A stretch of DNA of 64,000 bases, from the NCBI GenBank assembly GCA_023261845.1, contig JALNJZ010000006.1, forward strand, positions 1 to 64,000, in the 5' to 3' direction. Of the stretch, positions 61,393 to 64,000 are shown piece by piece. The stretch comes from Candidatus Terraquivivens tengchongensis (GTDB taxonomy: Archaea > Thermoproteota > Nitrososphaeria_A > Caldarchaeales > Wolframiiraptoraceae). The notes beneath the pieces were generated by a model. It made no database searches, was not told the DNA's origin, and saw only the letters and a program-made list of their open reading frames with translations. A program made the translations under genes and the position numbers. Positions within the stretch are counted from its first letter, which is position 1; each line of letters opens with the position of its first letter.

Positions 61393-62808
61393 TTACGAGC
61401 CCCAATCGGTGTGGAACGTTCCCGGCTTGTCAATCCTCTCGTAGCCATGCGCACCGAAGCGATCCCTCAAAGCCTGTATGAGGTTTGCCGGCAGACGCTC
61501 ACGCCTAAAGCTATCGAAGTAGTCCAAAGCAGAGGCTATTGCAGGACAAGGAATGCCGCTAAGCTTTGCCGTGCTTATCAACGACCTCCATTCCACCTGT
61601 CTCTCACACAGTTCTTTTGCGTAAGCGCTATCGAGTAGGAGATTCGTCAGGTCCGGTCTTCTGGAGTAAACGTCCATTATCATGTTGAGTAGCCTCGCCC
61701 TTATGATGCATCCACCCCTCCATATCCTGGCCACCTCCCTGAGCTTCGTGGCATAGCCGAATTCCTTTGATGCCATAGATATGAGGGACATCCCTTGAGC
61801 AAATGCTATGAGCATCGTGCAATACAAAGATGACTTCGCCTCACTTATAAGAGATGGCTTGTCCACATGCCTCACATTCGTTGTACATGTTATGGTCTTC
61901 GATGCGGCAACCCTTTCTTCTTTCAACGCGGATACATTTCTCGCAGAGACTGCGGCATCGATTGTTGGCACAGGTACACCCAAGTCCATCGCCGTCTGCG
62001 ACGTCCACTTCCCAGTCCCCTTCTGGCCTGCCTTATCCAGTATTAACTCAACGAGTGGTCTTTTGGTCTCTTCATCGATCTTTGCCAAAACCTCAGAGGC
62101 TATCTCCAAGAGGAAGGAGTTTAGCTCACCCGCGTTCCACTCGGCAAATATCCTCGAAACTGCCGGAGCACCTAGTCCGAGTAGCACTGTGAAGATATCG
62201 TAGACTTCTGCTATAGCCTGCATTATTGCATACTCAATACCGTTGTGTACCATCTTTACAAAGTGACCAGCACCACCAGACCCCATGTAGCCGTAGCACA
62301 CATCGTCCTCAATCTTTGCGGCAATCTTTACAAATACAGGCCTCATGATTTCTTCGGCCTCCGGCGGCCCACCGGCCATTATGCAGGGTCCCTTCAGCGC
62401 ACCCTCCTCGCCGCCGCTTATCCCGACACCCATGAAGTGTATGCTATGTTCTTCTAGCATCTTCATCCTTCTTTCCGTATCCTTGAAGTGCGAGTTACCG
62501 CCATCTACAACTACGTCCCCCGACTCAAGATACACCAGCAACTGGTTGAGAAATTCGTCAACAGCCTCACCGGCTTTGACCATTAGCATTATCCTGCGAG
62601 GTTTATCGAGGGACTTGACAAAGTCTTCCATGGAAAAGTGCGCAGATATGTTTTTCCCTTTTGCCCTATGCTCTATGAATGCTTTAGTCCTATCCGCGGT
62701 CCTGTTATAAACGGATACAACGAACCCTTTGTCCTCGATGTTAAGGGCAAGGTTAGCACCCATCGTCGCAAGTCCTATAAGCCCTATGTCCGACTTCCGC
62801 ATAACCAT
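61393..62808 (-). CDS. gnd: 6-phosphogluconate dehydrogenase, decarboxylating (long GndA type)
   Basis: GLATMG.NLA, YNRT, GISGGEEGA, VKMVHNGIEY, KGTGKW, QALRD.FGAH. Confidence 0.93.
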   Translation of the reverse strand: MVMRKSDIGLIGLATMGANLALNIEDKGFVVSVYNRTADRTKAFIEHRAKGKNISAHFSMEDFVKSLDKPRRIMLMVKAGEAVDEFLNQLLVYLESGDVVVDGGNSHFKDTERRMKMLEEHSIHFMGVGISGGEEGALKGPCIMAGGPPEAEEIMRPVFVKIAAKIEDDVCYGYMGSGGAGHFVKMVHNGIEYAIMQAIAEVYDIFTVLLGLGAPAVSRIFAEWNAGELNSFLLEIASEVLAKIDEETKRPLVELILDKAGQKGTGKWTSQTAMDLGVPVPTIDAAVSARNVSALKEERVAASKTITCTTNVRHVDKPSLISEAKSSLYCTMLIAFAQGMSLISMASKEFGYATKLREVARIWRGGCIIRARLLNMIMDVYSRRPDLTNLLLDSAYAKELCERQVEWRSLISTAKLSGIPCPAIASALDYFDSFRRERLPANLIQALRDRFGAHGYERIDKPGTFHTDWGS

Positions 62809-62907
62809 ATTTGTTCGTCAAGGTAACAAAAAAGCTTATCGTATAACAGATCGATGGGTTAACGTAAAAACTATAATTCTGACCTTTCTTCATAAATTTC
62901 GAGAAAC

Positions 62908-64000
62908 ATGTCCCAAACCGTCAGCAGCTTAGGTTACATCAATCGGATATTCCAAAACATAGAGCTTGTTGATGCAGCTCAGCAGGAGAATTTCTATTAC
63001 AGCCTTGTGAAGAGTGGTGTGATAATTCCATCAGCCGAAGGCAGGTCCAAGGGTGCGTTGAGCATAGTGTGCAGCGAAATGGCCAAGATGAGGAAAGGAA
63101 AGATAATCGTGGATAGAAGCGATCTTGGTTTTCCAGGCAGGAGCATTTCTGAAGCGGCACCGATCCTGAAACACAGATACGGTTACGTAAGCCTGTTAAT
63201 AAACAGCGGCAGCGGTAAATCACTCATGCCCCTTATAGATGCCCAGAGCATGGCCCTTTATATAGAAAAGACAGGTGACGTCAAAAACTTCAGCATAGAC
63301 GTCATGACTTCAGATGCCAACTCACCAATTGGGAAGCTCGGTGAAAAGTATGGAAACATACTCATAATTAAGGGACGGGAGGAGAACAAGCGGGCGGAAG
63401 GTGAGACAAGGGAGTTTCAAACTTACGGTATACTGGAAGACGTGTTCATTTTGAGTAGCATGGTAGTGCTTTATGCTATGGCAGAGGCCATGAACGACGA
63501 TAAGCCAGCTGAGAAGATACAGGACTACATACGTCCACTTTCAGTGGAGATAGGCAACATGGTGGATGACATTATTAAATCAAAATTCTTTGAATTTCTG
63601 TTAGATAATTTAGAAGAGAGGAAAGCCTGCTTCTTTGCTGGTCTTGGTAGCGGTCAGGAAGTCGCTAGGATGACTGCCGTGAGGGTTGGACACGTGAAGA
63701 GGGCGATAGGTGACCATGTATATGTTGCAGGCGAGTCAAGCACACCCGCTCCGAGAGCTGGCGATATTTTGGTGGTTATTTCTCAAAGCGGTGAGACTGA
63801 GATAGTCTTGAGTTGGTGCAAGAACTTCAAGAGGTTGGGCGGCAAGCTCGCCGCCATAGTTGGGACACCTGGTTCGACGCTCCAGTCAATTGCTGACGAA
63901 TCTTACGTAATAAAGAGCGAAAGGGTTCCCGGCAAACCTAGCGACTTTTACGTTAAGGCTGCGTTCGCGTTAAGCCCCTTACCCATATACTTAGTTAGCC
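62908..64000 (+). CDS. Tandem-SIS protein resembling 6-phospho-3-hexuloisomerase; runs off the window end
   Basis: ATG at 62908 (MSQTVSS). First SIS: EGRS...NSGSGKS. Second SIS: GLGSG...VISQSGET...GSTL...AD. Not in the ORF track because there is no stop in the window. Confidence 0.75.
   Translation, partial: MSQTVSSLGYINRIFQNIELVDAAQQENFYYSLVKSGVIIPSAEGRSKGALSIVCSEMAKMRKGKIIVDRSDLGFPGRSISEAAPILKHRYGYVSLLINSGSGKSLMPLIDAQSMALYIEKTGDVKNFSIDVMTSDANSPIGKLGEKYGNILIIKGREENKRAEGETREFQTYGILEDVFILSSMVVLYAMAEAMNDDKPAEKIQDYIRPLSVEIGNMVDDIIKSKFFEFLLDNLEERKACFFAGLGSGQEVARMTAVRVGHVKRAIGDHVYVAGESSTPAPRAGDILVVISQSGETEIVLSWCKNFKRLGGKLAAIVGTPGSTLQSIADESYVIKSERVPGKPSDFYVKAAFALSPLPIYLVS

Noticed and set aside
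62939-63223. 94-aa minus-strand ORF
   Set aside because: Antisense shadow of the SIS-domain gene on the plus strand.

Overview
Archaeal chromosomal window, probably from a TACK/Thermoproteota-like lineage (inferred from BHB-type tRNA introns, TATA/BRE promoters, archaeal ABCE1, PGK and PGI/PMI). The left end holds a 13-repeat CRISPR array and a compact four-gene type III effector operon (HD+GGDD Cas10, extended Cas11-like subunit, Cas7, Cas7-Cas5 fusion). It sits next to an intact tyrosine integrase at the 3' end of tRNA-Thr(GGT). The middle ~38 kb is mostly housekeeping and metabolic genes: asnS, pepA, intein-containing ABCE1, pgk, class I gap, a LUD lactate module, tandem GDHs, a divergent chaperonin, a Pot-like ABC transporter and glutamate synthase. 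It also contains features the ORF track misses: an E/F-repeat and a K-rich microprotein, a box C/D sRNA and a two-intron tRNA-Trp. An ~11.4 kb element (46258-57673), integrated at tRNA-Leu(CAG) and carrying a frameshifted integrase, holds a BREX-related defence operon: DUF1156-type adenine MTase, DUF499-type ATPase, protease-less BrxL-like AAA+, compact PglZ-like phosphodiesterase and a small accessory protein. All family calls come from motif recognition by eye; no database search was run.
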